The notes under the pieces are model-generated. The model did no database searches and was not told the DNA's origin. It was given only the letters and a program-made list of their open reading frames with translations. From positions 35,197 through 99,196 of the forward strand of contig NMRA01000920.1 of NCBI GenBank assembly GCA_002633005.1: a DNA stretch of 64,000 nucleotides. The letters are read 5' to 3'. Within the stretch, counting starts at the first letter, position 1; each line of letters begins with the position of its first letter. A program made the translations under genes and the position numbers. This document shows, piece after piece, positions 26,197 to 39,533 of the stretch. Origin of the DNA: Phoronis australis. Taxonomy: Eukaryota > Animalia > Phoronida.

Positions 26197-26610
26197 CTTA
26201 TAGTCAGATTCAAATTTGGCAAAACCGACTGTTGAGGGCATTTGGGGGGGTAAAGATGCGCTGAAATATTTGAGCTCACTATATTTCCAATGTAGCGTGC
26301 GGTATCATGTGACCTTTTTGCGTGACCTTAACCTCCAGTTACAAAATTAGTATCAGAATCGATTTTATACTACCTCAAAACCCATAGTTTGTTGTATCAT
26401 ACTCATTTTAAAAGGCATTTATTGGGATTTGTCAATTACAATATGGCCGTTGGCGGCCATCCTGGATTTGAGGGTTATGCCGGCATAATCCAGCGAGGCA
26501 TACAATTTTTTTGATTCAGCACTCCAAAATTAGTTCAAAATCAATCAAAATCAAATACCCTCGACACCATTTTCTTAGGCCTTTTTTGAAAATTGGAACC
26601 TCACTATAAG
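26197..26610. mobile_element. TIR-bounded non-autonomous DNA transposon (MITE)
   Basis: cttatagtcagattcaaattt matches the reverse complement of aaattggaacctcactataag. Confidence 0.65.
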
Positions 26611-29199
26611 CCAATCTCGAATGCCTCGAGAACGGTAAGTTATACCAAGAAACGGATGCCACACGTACTGCATAATGATTTCAGAAATAAACTAGCCAAA
26701 CTGCCAAACCTGGAAAATCATCTTACAAGAATTGTTTATCAGTTTATTCGAACTTTTGTTGCAATGAAACATTTTTTGTAGAATTTAAGTTGGAACATAG
26801 CGGGTGGATATTGCGCCTAAGAACTAAATTTTTGTGTACGTAACTGACTTGCGTAATAAGATGTCGTGATTTCAACAATGTGGATGGATCAAATGAGTCG
26901 AGATTTTGCCAAGATTTAGCAACACTTAAAATGAATTCAAGTTGAAAATAACTGGACATTAAGTTCCAGATTTGTCTGCCGAAGCATTGTCGAATTTTTA
27001 CATCTGTCCAGTTTACTTGGACACTACGATGTGACAAGAAATACACCAATAAAAGAGACATCAGAAATTCCGGTGTAACTCGAGCAGTAAGTCGTAGTAA
27101 GAAACAGATGAATCTCTCCAAATATTCCTCGCCTATATTTATCCTCATTTCAGAAGATTCTCTACAGCGACCGTGGATTTAGAGCTTAGCAAAAGATTAT
27201 TCGAAAAATGACCACCACACCGCCGTTTGCATCATATTTCGCTACGAAAAACGTGCCTATGACAGACCAACAAAAGATCAGCGAGCAATAGGTCAATAAA
27301 AGAAGTCGTCAAATCAGCAAATCTCGTGTAACACGAGAACGGCCAGTCGGAGCGAAAAAACGGATTGCATATCCTGAGACACCACTTGATAAGACTTATT
27401 AACATAGGAATTTCATAAGTCCTCGTCAAAGGACCGCGTAGCTAGAGCTCCGCAAAAGGAAAATGGCAATCACAGCGCCATCTGTAGTCCAATTTTGCCA
27501 AAAATGTAGGCCTCAAACTTTTAACAACATTATGGTGAGTGTAAGTTTCACGTGGATCAGACGAAAATGTGATCTGCCACGTTCGCATTATAGATCAACA
27601 AAAGAACTGTGTCTTTAAACCACAGATTAGCCAAGCTTATATAACTCGAGAACGGCAAGGCGGGTGGTATGTACGAATAGTGTAAGTAAAAACGTGGAGT
27701 TTCGACCATGTTCCAAGGCCGTCTACTGGCTAAAAGACAAATTGTGTCCTTCACCGCTGGTGTCACAGGGAAGTCTGGAGACACCTTACGTCCCAGTGCC
27801 AAATATCAGTTGTAACGCAGTCTGCCAAACCTGTTTAGATGTAGTTTTCGACTCGATTCCTTCTCTCCTTTCCTGAACAACTCGGTCACTATTCCTAATA
27901 TTTTGACATCTTCAAAATCACAATGGTGACCTATGTTGTCAAGGTGAGTCTATACAGGTGAGTTCTAAGTACTCTCATAACTGGGACGGCGGCACTGGTA
28001 AAGTCACCCCCGTAATTAGCCTTACAACCCTCCTCACTACAATCGATCCCGTCTGCACCTGAAGACTTTCGTTCCTGAGGAGTGCGGTCTTTAACATGAT
28101 CTAAACGTAGGCGCATGATTTTCAACGTCTTATGGATAACCCTGATCCCAACTCCTGGAAACCTCGAACCTATGTAATAAACTCTATGCATAGGGTATGC
28201 TGAATTGGGCTTACGTGCTTTTCCTGCTATGAGTGTTGCTCTGATTGGTTCCGGAAAGGTGTGAAGGAAGTGATGCATGAGACAATCGAGAAATCATCTA
28301 TAAATAGGCTTGATGGTCTGCGTTTCAACTTACCTCACATCTGGGACTGGGTCGTAGGGCACTTTCCGTGTGTGAATAACACAGCATGTCATTCAGTCAG
28401 CAGATGAAACCAAAATGCTCCAACGAATACGAAGACGACATCAACGACAACCAAGACAACGCCAATGATGCTGGTATTGACAACAGCAACGATACCGTCA
28501 GCAATTTAATGATGCATACCACAGTGCATTTACAGAGACAAGACTGCCGATCACAGAAGTCGCAGTCAGTGACAGCGACGCTGCCTACACCGACGATGAC
28601 AATGGCTATAATTCCGCTATTGCCGACGACAGCAACGCTCAGCGAGCCGACAACAGTTCCGAACCAGGTAACAGCATTAATTTTGTTAACACTGAATCCA
28701 ATGACGTACAATGACGAAAGCTACAGAGACGCCGGCACTGCCACGGGAACAACGTGAACAACACTGATGAGATGAGAGCGCATCTGGCGTCCATATAAGC
28801 CATTGTCACTCCAGACGACCGTTCGGCAATCAAGGTGCCGATAACAACGACCTTGAAGCAAACGACACCAATGCCAAAGGCGGCGCCGTTGGAAACCATA
28901 AGTACCTCACCGGTGACCCCCCCTTGAAAATTGGATGTCACACACGATGACGTGATTGTTCCAAAATTTTAAAACCATTACTGTTTTTAGCCACTTGCAC
29001 GGACTTTCCATGGTTTTGAAATGCGATGATAAGTAATATTGGCACAACCTGCGTACACCTGTACTGCAGAGAATACCAGCTCATCTGTTTATCAGATAGA
29101 TTGAGCTACGTACAGCCAGCCTGTCTCAGCTTTACCTGAGAGTTTGCAACTATTACAACAGCTTAATCACAATATTTCATAGCTCTTCAACATAATTAC

Positions 29200-29406
29200 C
29201 GCAACAGTCCCCTCTGTTTAATACGGTTACATAGGAGATTGAGTGCGAAGCTGACAGATCCACTCTCCACCAGGGGTCCTTCTCACCAGCCGTATGTGTA
29301 CAGTAAGAGTAGTGTGTAGATAAATATCTATCCACTGCTTTTGAAGACACGAAGTATTCATGTGTAGAGGACTGCTCAGTTGGCTTTCCAAAAGCGACAT
29401 TCACTG
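29200..29406 (-). CDS. Exon: F-type lectin domain 3, N-terminal half
   Basis: ttctgttacag|CAG (NAGNAG; alternative start 29403) ... G|GTAATT; VNVAFGKPTEQSSTHEYFVSSKAVDRYLSTHYSYCTHTAGEKDPWWRVDLSASHSISYVTVLNRGDCC. Confidence 0.92.
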
Positions 29407-29944
29407 CTGTAACAGAATACAAAAGCTTTGAACTGTCATGCGTGTCCATGACTCCTTGATGGAGCAGGAGCATAATGTAATATTGGAAGTCTGTTCAAGT
29501 GAAAGCTTAGCAGAATAACTCCCTACCCCTACTTTCTCGTTGTTCACCTCAAACAGCTCGAAACTCACCAAAGAGGAAAGAACTAATTTCTTCGAACAAA
29601 CATAGCCTGATGGTGTCCTGCTGAAAGTAGTTCTATGGTCATTGGTCCCTCAAGACCAGTTTGTAGTTTACAAAAGCACCAGATAAGAGAGACATTTCCT
29701 CTCTTGCTAAAATTGGGTCTCATGCATCTAACGAATTCCGTTGTGTACTTGCCAATAATACGATATCGAAGGTCAGTGGTAACCCTTTACAAAACAACAA
29801 GACATCAAACTACAAAAAGTTCAGGCAATACAAACAATAAAGTATAATAAAATATGTAAAAGTTAGACCACACTATTTAGAAATAGTGCAGACAATAATG
29901 AAAGATCTCTAGGGAGCGACATTTGGCAAAACTTATAGATAGAC

Positions 29945-30260
29945 GACGATGGTGATGACAGCTAGGATGATGATAATGATGACGACGATGATGACGATAA
30001 TGATGATGATAGTGATGATGATGACAAAAATGATTATAAGGACAGTCTTGTAAATTAATACTTGGCAAAAGAGAATGAAACACGATGATGATGGGGACGA
30101 TGGCGGGGGTGGTGGTAATGGCGGTGGTGGTGGTGGTGACGACGATGATGATGGTGGTGGAGATGGTGGTGGTGGTGGTGATGGTGGTGGTGGAGATCGT
30201 GGTGGTGGTGATGATGATGGTGGTGGTGGTGATGATGGGGGTGGTGGTTGTGGTGATTCG
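29945..30260. repeat. (GAT/GGT)n trinucleotide microsatellite
   Basis: gatgatgat/ggtggtggt runs; source of the poly-His/Pro/Gly spurious ORFs. Confidence 0.9.
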
Positions 30261-30366
30261 GGGCAGGCATGAAAATTCTGTACCATAGCGAAAATTATTG
30301 CGAATGATTTCAAAATATTCAAAATTTTCATTACAAATGCAAAATTATTCCATGAACCAAACATAC

Positions 30367-30621
30367 CCTTCTCAATTATGGCTTGCATGGCTGGAATTCG
30401 CTTTACAACGCTCTTTGGCACCGTGTGCGCTCCGCCACTCGTGAGCGAGCCATCATACAGTCCGGCGGTAAATAAGGTGCCCGGGCTCACGTGGCGACAG
30501 CACTTGTGTTCGTTGTCTTTGACACGAATCACAGTATTACTAGTGGCACTATTGTAGTGATAACCTATGACGTCTCCTTGTTTCACTTCAACAATAGTGA
30601 TGATGCCAATGTCTTGTTCAC
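30367..30621 (-). CDS. Exon: unnamed domain, C-terminal half
   Basis: tttttctag| ... G|GTATGT, 255 nt, phase 1-1; GEQDIGIITIVEVKQGDVIGYHYNSATSNTVIRVKDNEHKCC...RIPAMQAIIEK. Confidence 0.8.
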
Positions 30622-32129
30622 CTAGAAAAAATTTCTGTTTGTTACTAAAGTGATACCTCATCATTAAATAAACAAACACTAGCAGTAGTAAAATTTCTTC
30701 GTGCTTCCCAACACATTTTTCTAGACAGTCACCCGTGTCCGCTGACTAACATTTAGCAACAATGACATTCTTAGAACAAACGTATCAAAAACTTTGCTTT
30801 GTGTACAGTGCCTGAGTTAAACAGTCAAAATTCCAAGCTGTGTAGTTTTCATATTTTTAATTAGTTGTTTATATGTTGATTCATTTCAATACAATTGTCG
30901 ACAAATGTCTTACATCATATAATAATCTTTTTAAAATGTATTCATACTTACTCAAGAACAACGTCAACTCGGAAGTCACTTTCAGGGAGGGCAACAACTT
31001 TGGGCGTGATCGTGATGGTGTTAGCAAATATGATGGGGTGATAACGCTTGTGATGATGGGCAGTATACATGTGTATGTCTATCGGAAATTCAGCAGAAAA
31101 TGCACAAAATGACTTTAAAGTATGGGAATGAAACTTGTTTGCATGTAAAAATTGCGTATATATAAGGTGTAAGTGTTAAGAACTTATTGATGTTTGCACT
31201 AAGTGACCTTTGACTAATAAAATATGATTATATGATTGAATGTCTAAGAAAATTTGTACCTACAATTGACATGTTGTCTGTAAACTGCACTGAATATTGG
31301 AAAATTTAGGCTAAATAACATTTCGAAAATTTGATAACCAAATTGCACTCAACGCTTGGAAGTGCAATTGATTTAAAATGTACCAATCACTGAAGTTATA
31401 TGAAGTTCCTAGTTCAAAGTTTATGTTTGCACCCAATGACCTTTGACCTATAAAATATCACTTAAAAAGAAATACATTTAATTGGCATGTTGGTTTACAC
31501 TAGTCTGCCGGAGTTGCTAATCTTTCTTTTAAAACTGTGGGGAAATTGTCATTTTCAAAATAAAATTATCTTTTAACCAATTAACCTCTCCCGGTGCATT
31601 TCGGAACATAACACTACCATATTTCAAATTTTATATACTGGCGAGTGACTTCTCTTAAATTTCAAAATCGACCCTCAGCCGTTTAGGAATTATTAAGGTC
31701 TTGACAAGGTCGGAAAGAATAAGAAGAATCAGATAAAAACCATAGAAAAACAGTGCTCTGCGTTGTTACTCGCAGAGCGAAAATGCACCTAGTTAACAAG
31801 TAAATCCAAATCACCACGAAGTTTTGGATTAAAACTTGTTAACATGTAAATTTGAGGTCTGAAAATATATGTTTGTACTCAGTTATGTTTGACCATTAAA
31901 ATGTGATTGAATCGCTAAGAAAAGTGCAAATAAATGTGTTGGCCCAGCAGACCAGTTACGTGAATATGAGCCCACATCCACATGGGCCTATATATGAGGG
32001 TTTACTGCCCGGCCACGAATCAAATGGCACAGAGCCACCGGGTCAGCGTGTTTTTCGAACACTGACGCCTAACCTCCCACAATATTGCATCTCCATAGCA
32101 GTAAAACACGAAGTGAAAACCTAGGGTAC

Positions 32130-32348
32130 CTTGATTTGCTACAGTCAGCTGCGTTTTGTGAATCAATGTCCATTGATCTGGTTCTTTTGACAGCCGCCAG
32201 ATGTCAGCCCACACTGTACCAGCACGTTTGGCATTAATTTTCCAACCAGTCAAATAAGCATCTGATGTTATGCGGAGGTCGGGAAATATTGATAAATTAG
32301 GGCCTTCGGTCGACATCTCATCAACGTCAGTTGGGCCACCGACATGAC
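32130..32348 (-). CDS. Exon: unnamed domain, N-terminal half
   Basis: tgttgttttag| ... G|GTACCC, 219 nt, phase 1-1; GHVGGPTDVDEMSTEGPNLSIFPDLRITSDAYLTGWKINAKRAGTVWADIWRLSKEPDQWTLIHKTQLTVANQ. Confidence 0.8.
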
Positions 32349-33699
32349 CTAAAACAACATGTTTAAAGAGTACTTGAATAATTAAGTCTTAGTACCTGCG
32401 TAGGCCTAACAATGCGCTAAAACCCATTAGTGTTCCGCCTCGCTAAGGCGCGTGTCCCAGGGGCCGAGATCTAATCTTTCTTTTCTAAATCGAACTTGAA
32501 ATTTTTTTGACATTTTCTGTTCTGTTTTGTACAAACTCAAGATAAGTACCTGTTCAGTGGTGAATCCAGGATTTTGAGTTAGGGGGGCAGGGCACAGGAA
32601 TAACCAGAATTTCACCTCATACGATTCCGAGGTCGATCTCCAGTAAAAAATAGAGCTTTATTGACGTGCCCAATCACATATACCTTGTATATGTATTACT
32701 TGTCTATGAAATCTTACGGTTGTCACGGGTTCGCACTTCAGAAATAAATGATCAGACCAGCGACTGCAATTCAATCATATACTGTACGTATCCCAACGGT
32801 ATAGTCACACCTCATGAACTCCGATTCAAGACTCGCTCAAACCACGAGGTCTCCATAGAACCTGCATAGACATTTTCATATCAATAACTAGCCAACAAAT
32901 AGCTTCAACTAGGTGTCACAATCAATGGACATCAGAATATGAAAAGTGAGTCCATCCCGCCACACGCTTTATGCTCCTTGGTTATTCTTATTCGGTACAT
33001 TTCAATTAATTGGTTAACTTTGAATTGCAAAAACGTTAACGTCTGCCATTTTGTAACAAGCATGCTATTACATCTTAGTCAAGTGGTTTTCTAACCGTGC
33101 GGTTTACCTTGTATCAGTAGTCTCTGTGTTTAATTCTTTGTAAAATACATTTAATTTACGTTTTAAATAAATTTGCGTTGTATTTCATTTCATTGTACAT
33201 GTACTTTTTTCTGTTGTCATCTGTATTGTTCTTCTTAATTGTTAATTTATTGTTACTCGGTGGTCAGCTAGTTGCGGCCCGAGGCTTTGCTGGCCACCCA
33301 GTCACATTACAATGTATGTTTTTATATGATTAAAAAAAAAGTTTCTCTCTATTACAAATACACCCTTCTTGGTTTTATTCAAAACTATATATGCGATTTA
33401 ATTCGGTGATTTAATAGACGTTTTCATTGGGATGTACCTTCACACAGGCACCCACATAGACCTAAATTGCTAGACAGCTGGATAGATTTGAAGTGTTCTC
33501 TCTCCTTCCAGAAATAGATCGACTTTCATGCTTATTTACTTTTCATCGAGTTTAAGCGTTAGCTTAAATTATTATTCAAAAGGCAATGTTCTAGGTGTTT
33601 TGTCTGATAAGGGTGTGCCCTTCTGGATTTTCTCACACAACTTCAAAAGATGTTGGAAAAGCCCAGAACTTGGCAGTTACAAATGCTAACCGGAATCTT

Positions 33700-34350
33700 T
33701 GTTTCTCAAACTACTATGGCATATTTAAGCATCCCGTATGAACTCTGAAATTAAACGTATACCCTGCACAGTGAGCTTGCGTGTAAGGTCACGCACTGGG
33801 AAGCAGACCGCAGGCCCAACTGCAGCGTATAACTTCGCATTTATAAGACATTTCCTGGTTTAAATGTCCAGCACAAGTACTATTTGCTCTTAACCGTTTG
33901 TTGTCCCACTTCACCAATCAAAATCTGTGACAATATAAAATTTCATTCTAAAAGGTCATACTTATTGATTTAGTGCGATGAACTCAAGACATAGATTAGT
34001 CCAAGGATTTACATTAACGGACAAGAAAACCTGCGCTTTCTGTAAAATGACAACGTTATAAAATTGATCGGTAAGAGCAATTACCGCCTCGCAACTAGAT
34101 CTTCCGTTTGAAAGATGGAAATGGTTGGGAAGAAGCTTTTGGTGATAACGAAACTAAACGTCCTTGGTTTGTGCTAAACAAAAATCCCTTCCAAAGAAGG
34201 GAATATTCCATAGAAAGAATTAACACAGGAACAAACAGCGCAACCTTAGCCGCGCGAGATCGAATTTGGCATTCGCTACTAGGGTTCACAAAGTGCCAGT
34301 TCTTCACAAATCTGCAATCTGTGCAAGGAACACGATAAGAGTCGAATTTA
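33700..34350 (-). mobile_element. Possible very old LINE RT remnant
   Basis: Minus strand GRSSCEAVIALTDQFYN...VFLS resembles the GRST.DA motif region of CR1/L2 RT; heavily decayed. Confidence 0.3.
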
Positions 34351-34443
34351 TAACGTTAATGCACCCAATTGAAAAGATGTTTTCAACATAGTGTAAAGCA
34401 AAATGTTCAGAATATAAACACCCGTTTATTGCATCGTACTTAC

Positions 34444-34656
34444 CCGTAAAGAGGCTGTACACCTCCACCTCACACAAAACGAGATCAGGTCCCTTCTGAT
34501 GTATAATAAGATATCTTCCGTATACAGTTTTATTGCAAAAGAGGTCCTCTGTTACACCAGCACCAATAATTCCAGGGTAGTGATAACATAGGGGGTCACT
34601 AGTTGACCATTTCTCGTTGCTGGATACACGGACAAAGATGTCGAAGGTCGATTTAT
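34444..34656 (-). CDS. Exon: F-type lectin domain 2, C-terminal half (absent from ORF track)
   Basis: atgccttccag| ... G|GTAAGT, 213 nt; HKSTFDIFVRVSSNEKWSTSDPLCYHYPGIIGAGVTEDLFCNKTVYGRYLIIHQKGPDLVLCEVEVYSLFT. Confidence 0.9.
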
Positions 34657-36501
34657 CTGGAAGGCATTTACAACATTAGTCGCACGGTGCTCCATTGACA
34701 TTGGAACCCCGGTGTAAAACACATATCCTGGAGCCGAAAACAGACTCCCGTCCCTTCAAAACAGCTAACCAACCCGAAAAAACATGAACACCGACCTATA
34801 AAACAGGAACCCAGGGGTCGGACAAGATACTCGGCGACCAAAACACCACTCTCACACTTTCTGTCAAACATTGTTTATCTCTAGAAAGTAGTACTTTGTA
34901 CCTTTAAAGTGCTTTGTGTTCATGAGACATGTATCAATTTCACATTCTGATGAAAAATAGATCTTCATATTATAGTTGTTGTGATATGTTGTTTTCTCAC
35001 ATGACTTGGAATGTGTTACGACACGACTGGTTAAGAACATAGAGTACGCAATATTTTTGATATTACATTGGCGAATCACAAAGTAGTGCAAGATAAAAAT
35101 CCACACACCTTACATTTTATCATCTGCAAAACACTGACATAAATCCTATTATTTAGGCAAACATTATTCTACCTCCCTTCAAGCTTCATATCCAACTCCT
35201 GGTTAGTACCTATCTATTCCGATGGTAGCGCTAGTTGCTCTCTCTCTCTCCAGCTTCTGGTTGGCCAAGACTCAATCTAATGTACATTCACTCGTAAGTT
35301 TTTCCTAATTAGACAATTTTCATACCTAACCCACCCTCCCTACCCTGGCTTAAACAAAATCTCCTCCAGCAATCTACCTGTTTTTATACCTATCTCACCA
35401 TCCCTACCCCGTGTCGAACATAATCTGCTGCTGGTCACTGTTGGTGCCTCCTTCAAACCCGGAGCGGATTGTCGTCAAGCAAGAAAATACTTCATCGATT
35501 AACGAACAGAACTGCACCAGAGCCTCCGCCAGTAGGGATTGCCTCTCTCCACGCCGGTTACAGCTCTCAGCATCAGCACACACTGAGCCACAATACCACG
35601 TTCCTTACAATATCTCATTTCATCACTCCTGCTTGTGTGCTCACTCAGCTTGTCCTGGACCTGTTTTTCCAGGTTACTGTAGCTCAGTTGGCTGTTTGGT
35701 GTACCCACTTGGTAAGTTATATGACATCTGCCCATTTGACAGTTTGTACCCACTTGGTACTTATTATTATTATTGAATTTGCCGTTTTGCTCGACCCACT
35801 TGGTGGGCAATACCCATTTCATTATGTACCCATTTGGTACTATACTAACCAGTGACACTTATTGTCCGATACTCAATTAAAAATTTGGTATCGCAACTGC
35901 GTGTGTTATCTCTTGTAATTAAGGTAGCCATCCGATACCTTCGGTGAAATAATTAATTGTAGAGCTGTGACCCTGAAATCCCCAATACAACTTTTGAAAA
36001 ATATATAATATTCTTGTTTTGTTTTATTTGTCCCTAATACCAAACGCGCGCCAACCAAACAATGCCGGAATTTCGAGAAGGTGACAAGGTTATGATTGAC
36101 AAATCTGGTGTCGCAACTGCACGTACTCCCAGTCGGAAGGACATGCAAAGAACTTCTTAAACGGACCCATGCATCTTCGGCGGCGAATTCCATATCCACG
36201 TTCATTCAAACAGAGACGAGCCACAACTCAAGAAACGTGGTGAGACTGTCTAGCTGTCTCAAGGTGAATTCAGTGCTCACGCGCGGGGAAGCTTTGAAGC
36301 ATGCTAACATTTTTTAAGTTTTAATATTACGCGTTCACAGACTATCAGATTATAACATGAATATTTGGTACGAAAACTGAGTGCAATTTACTATTGTTAA
36401 GCTTAAAATAAAACTATTAACAAAAAGTAACTGAATTACTTTACATTGCGCAAGTGTGTTTTTACCAAAGCTGCGTCGTGTGGTTGAAAATTTTCGACAC
36501 G

Positions 36502-37090
36502 CTCGCTGGTTCCCTGCGTGCTTAGCCCAGCCAGCACGCAGGTATCACGCAGTGGCACGCGCTTTAGCATTGGTCGATGTAATCTTGGCAGTCATTGGTT
36601 AGCTTTACAACACCTTGAAAACATGGCGGACTGTGAACGATTTTTAGCCTTGTCATGCAAGTGGCGCCGCAGCAACTATTTCGTTTCTGCAGTGATGTTT
36701 AATAGCCGCGTGCTTGAAACACATACATGCACAATAAACACACATTATGTGGCCGATTTAACCGGTGTGTTATTCATAGTGTATAAGGACATTATCGTAA
36801 ACAAAAGTCATCGACAGTAGAAAGATGCATTCCGAAAAGGCTCAGTCACAATTTCTAGGCTTCACATTTCCTGAACATAAATTTTAAGCACCGATTTGTC
36901 TGTACAACAGACCACATTTACACTTCAGTCCATCAGCCATGCCAGTTTGTTTGCGCAAAGCGCTGCCTGTTGGCGAATCGACTAGCCAATCAGAAACGCC
37001 GGTGTAAAAAATTTACAGAGGAAATTTAAGTGATACCTGCGTGCTGGCGCGGCTACCGCCCCATCTAGCGGCACGCAGGGAACCAGCGAG
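36502..37090. mobile_element. MITE with perfect 20-bp TIRs and 9-bp TSD (Mutator-like)
   Basis: ctcgctggttccctgcgtgc / gcacgcagggaaccagcgag; TSD ttcgacacg at 36493-36501 and 37091-37099; second subterminal IR ccagcacgcaggtatcac. Confidence 0.9.
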
Positions 37091-37099
37091 TTCGACACG

Positions 37100-37290
37100 T
37101 TGACTTGTTCAGCAAAAATATTGTTTTTACGGTTCATGTGAGAAAATAAATCCTACAATCGTCTCAAATTGTTGACATGGGCAAAACCTCATGGATATTT
37201 TGTCAAAGTCTCTCGACAAGCCTCTGGATTTTGACGAAATTTCTCAGAGGTTTTCCCATATCATAAACCTGAGACTAGGATTCTCTATTT
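37100..37290 (+). repeat. Hairpin-ended dispersed repeat (Helitron/Helentron-like 3' end), copy 1
   Basis: gacatgggcaaaacctc...caagcctc...ttt...gaaattt...ggattctctatt, shared with 56860-57050; internal stem-loop. Confidence 0.6.
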
Positions 37291-39132
37291 AATATATGAG
37301 AATTTTTGAATAATTGGCGTTCTACCGTTATTCTACGGCTAAAGTTGTGGTGCGATTTTTGGGCCGGCGCTATGAAATATTGCGTCATCTATTGGCCAGT
37401 TTCTATATTCCACAATTCTTCAATCAACTGTTCCTCTTTCACAAGGCTGCGTACATGTCACAACAAATTATCAAGATTGGTTTCATTTCGTTACAAATAT
37501 TTAGTATTTTAATAGCAGCTAACTTTCAGAATAAATTTTGCAATAGCGACCCGTCAAAAAGAGCGAATGCAATCAATTCACAAATTCCGATTGCAAATTC
37601 CGTTTTAATGATCAATGATGCGTTGCAGAGTAAGAACGGTGCAGGTCTTTTGAGTGAACAATTCTCGCGGTCCATTTCAAAATCCGGGAATTGATTGTGC
37701 TGGAAATAATGTACTCTCGACAAGTAAATCGATGAACCCTAAAATGCCGCTAATTGTAAAGATATTTAAAGGAATAATTAACAATGCACTCAAAAGTCGA
37801 AACATATTTTTGCTTTTAATTTTTGATAATATCTTTTGAGAAACTATTAAATACTCTGAAATTAACAAAATATTCACCGAGATAACAACGTGTTAAGAAT
37901 ATAAATTATGTTGAAATTTGCCCACAGACAAGTTGTGCGAGTTTTACCGATAAAATCAAATAACAAAATCAATATAATATAGGTTAGTTTGATTATTGAC
38001 AAGTTTTAACAAGCAAATGCAGAAAACAGCTGTAAAGTACTTAAATATTCTTTATCTCAAAATTTGAGGCTACTGACATCGTCTCAGAAAATTTATAAAA
38101 TTGTCCAGGTTTCCTTTCCGATTCTCAGTGCTCCTGTTTTAAAGGTCGAATTCCATGTTTTAGGGCTGGTTGGCTGTTTTGAATGTGCAGGGTCTGCTTT
38201 CGATTCCGGGATACTCTGTTTTATACCAGGATTCCAATTTTGATGGAACACCCCGAGTCAGATACCAAGCAGACATTATCTACCTTTTAAACCCAAAATC
38301 TTTGCCATAAAGAAAGGTTCTTTTACCATTGTAAAACACCAAATGTTTAGAACAAGATTGACAATTCCTCACAAAGTCTGCAAACTCGTCTTGCGTATCT
38401 AAAGCTTCTGGTGAGAATAATCCCGTTATGAGTTTGAGAATCCCCGTGCAGTGTCCATAGCGGTTGGTTCCGCCCCTTCGTTTTGTGCCATACCCGTATA
38501 AATGTGATTTTGGTTAAAAGTCCGACTCCCCACAAGCCACATACCCGGTTACGACACTTCTTTGAATGACTTTGGCTGTGAAATATCTAACGCAAAAGTT
38601 AACGAAGAATGTATTTTCAAGATTGACGCCACTGATGCACGAGGAAGTGACAGAACGATAATTGGTTGAAATCATCAAACAGGGCTTAGTGTCCTTTTAA
38701 TTTTCAACACATCCAGAATGTTGCAAAATGTACAGGGTGTTCTGAAAATTAGAGAACTCCAGTGGAAGTTTGTTTCAGTACACCATCATGCTTGTTCGAC
38801 CACACAGACAGGGCTACCCGTCCTACTAAGACCACTGTGATGAATTCCTCCATGCAATCACAGGCACCACAGTTTGAACCAAGTTGATAACAGTGCCTAA
38901 TCTTGTTACAGTAATTCCAGGTACAGGCACACGCCAAACTATGACGAGGAGACGTTGTCATGCAATATCTCAAGAAACTGTTCATCCGTGGCTAAGGTAC
39001 GCACTTTTCCTTACTGCTAGCCAGGTTATCACGCAACTGAGACCTCACTCCATATCCCCACTAGGTATATATTAAAACATACATTGTGAGAATGGCATTG
39101 CGGGGGAACTGTGTCGGATTAAGGCTTCGGTC

Positions 39133-39533
39133 CCCGGTTGCATGAAACAGTCCCAAACAGGGACTCAACTACGTTCCCTAAGTCTGTGTATTTGTGGACT
39201 TGTGAAAATCCTGATTGTCCTTTGTTATGCTGTTTGAATCTCATTACTAAGTCAATTTTGGCTTTGATACTAATCGACATTATCACTGAAAAAACATGGA
39301 TTTTTCATGCAACACACTTAAATTAAGGACTAAATCCCTAAATATTTTGACTGAATTAAGGGCTCAGTTCTTAGTAATACTATCAGAATATGTCATTAGT
39401 CAAAGAGGGGTTCAAAATAAAGATAAAATGATATAAAAAAATCTACATCTGTGAGTAAAGTACGAAACAAACACGCAAAATATTTAGAGAACTCAGTTGA
39501 GTCCCTATTTGGGACAGTTTCTTGCAACTGGGC
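39133..39533. mobile_element. MITE with ~40-bp TIRs (PIF/Harbinger-like)
   Basis: cccggttgcatgaaacagtcccaaacagggactcaact matches the reverse complement of agttgagtccctatttgggacagtttcttgcaactgggc. Confidence 0.8.

Noticed and set aside
25500-28940. Thr/Asp/Asn-rich ORFs (25500..25947, 28386..28757) as mucin-like exons
   Set aside because: Degenerate (GAC/AAC)n low-complexity DNA on the opposite strand to the host gene, without convincing splice sites.
29877-30366. Poly-His/Pro/Gly ORFs and the Pro-rich hydrophobic tail of ORF 29933..30679
   Set aside because: Trinucleotide microsatellite downstream of a canonical donor at 30367; intronic.
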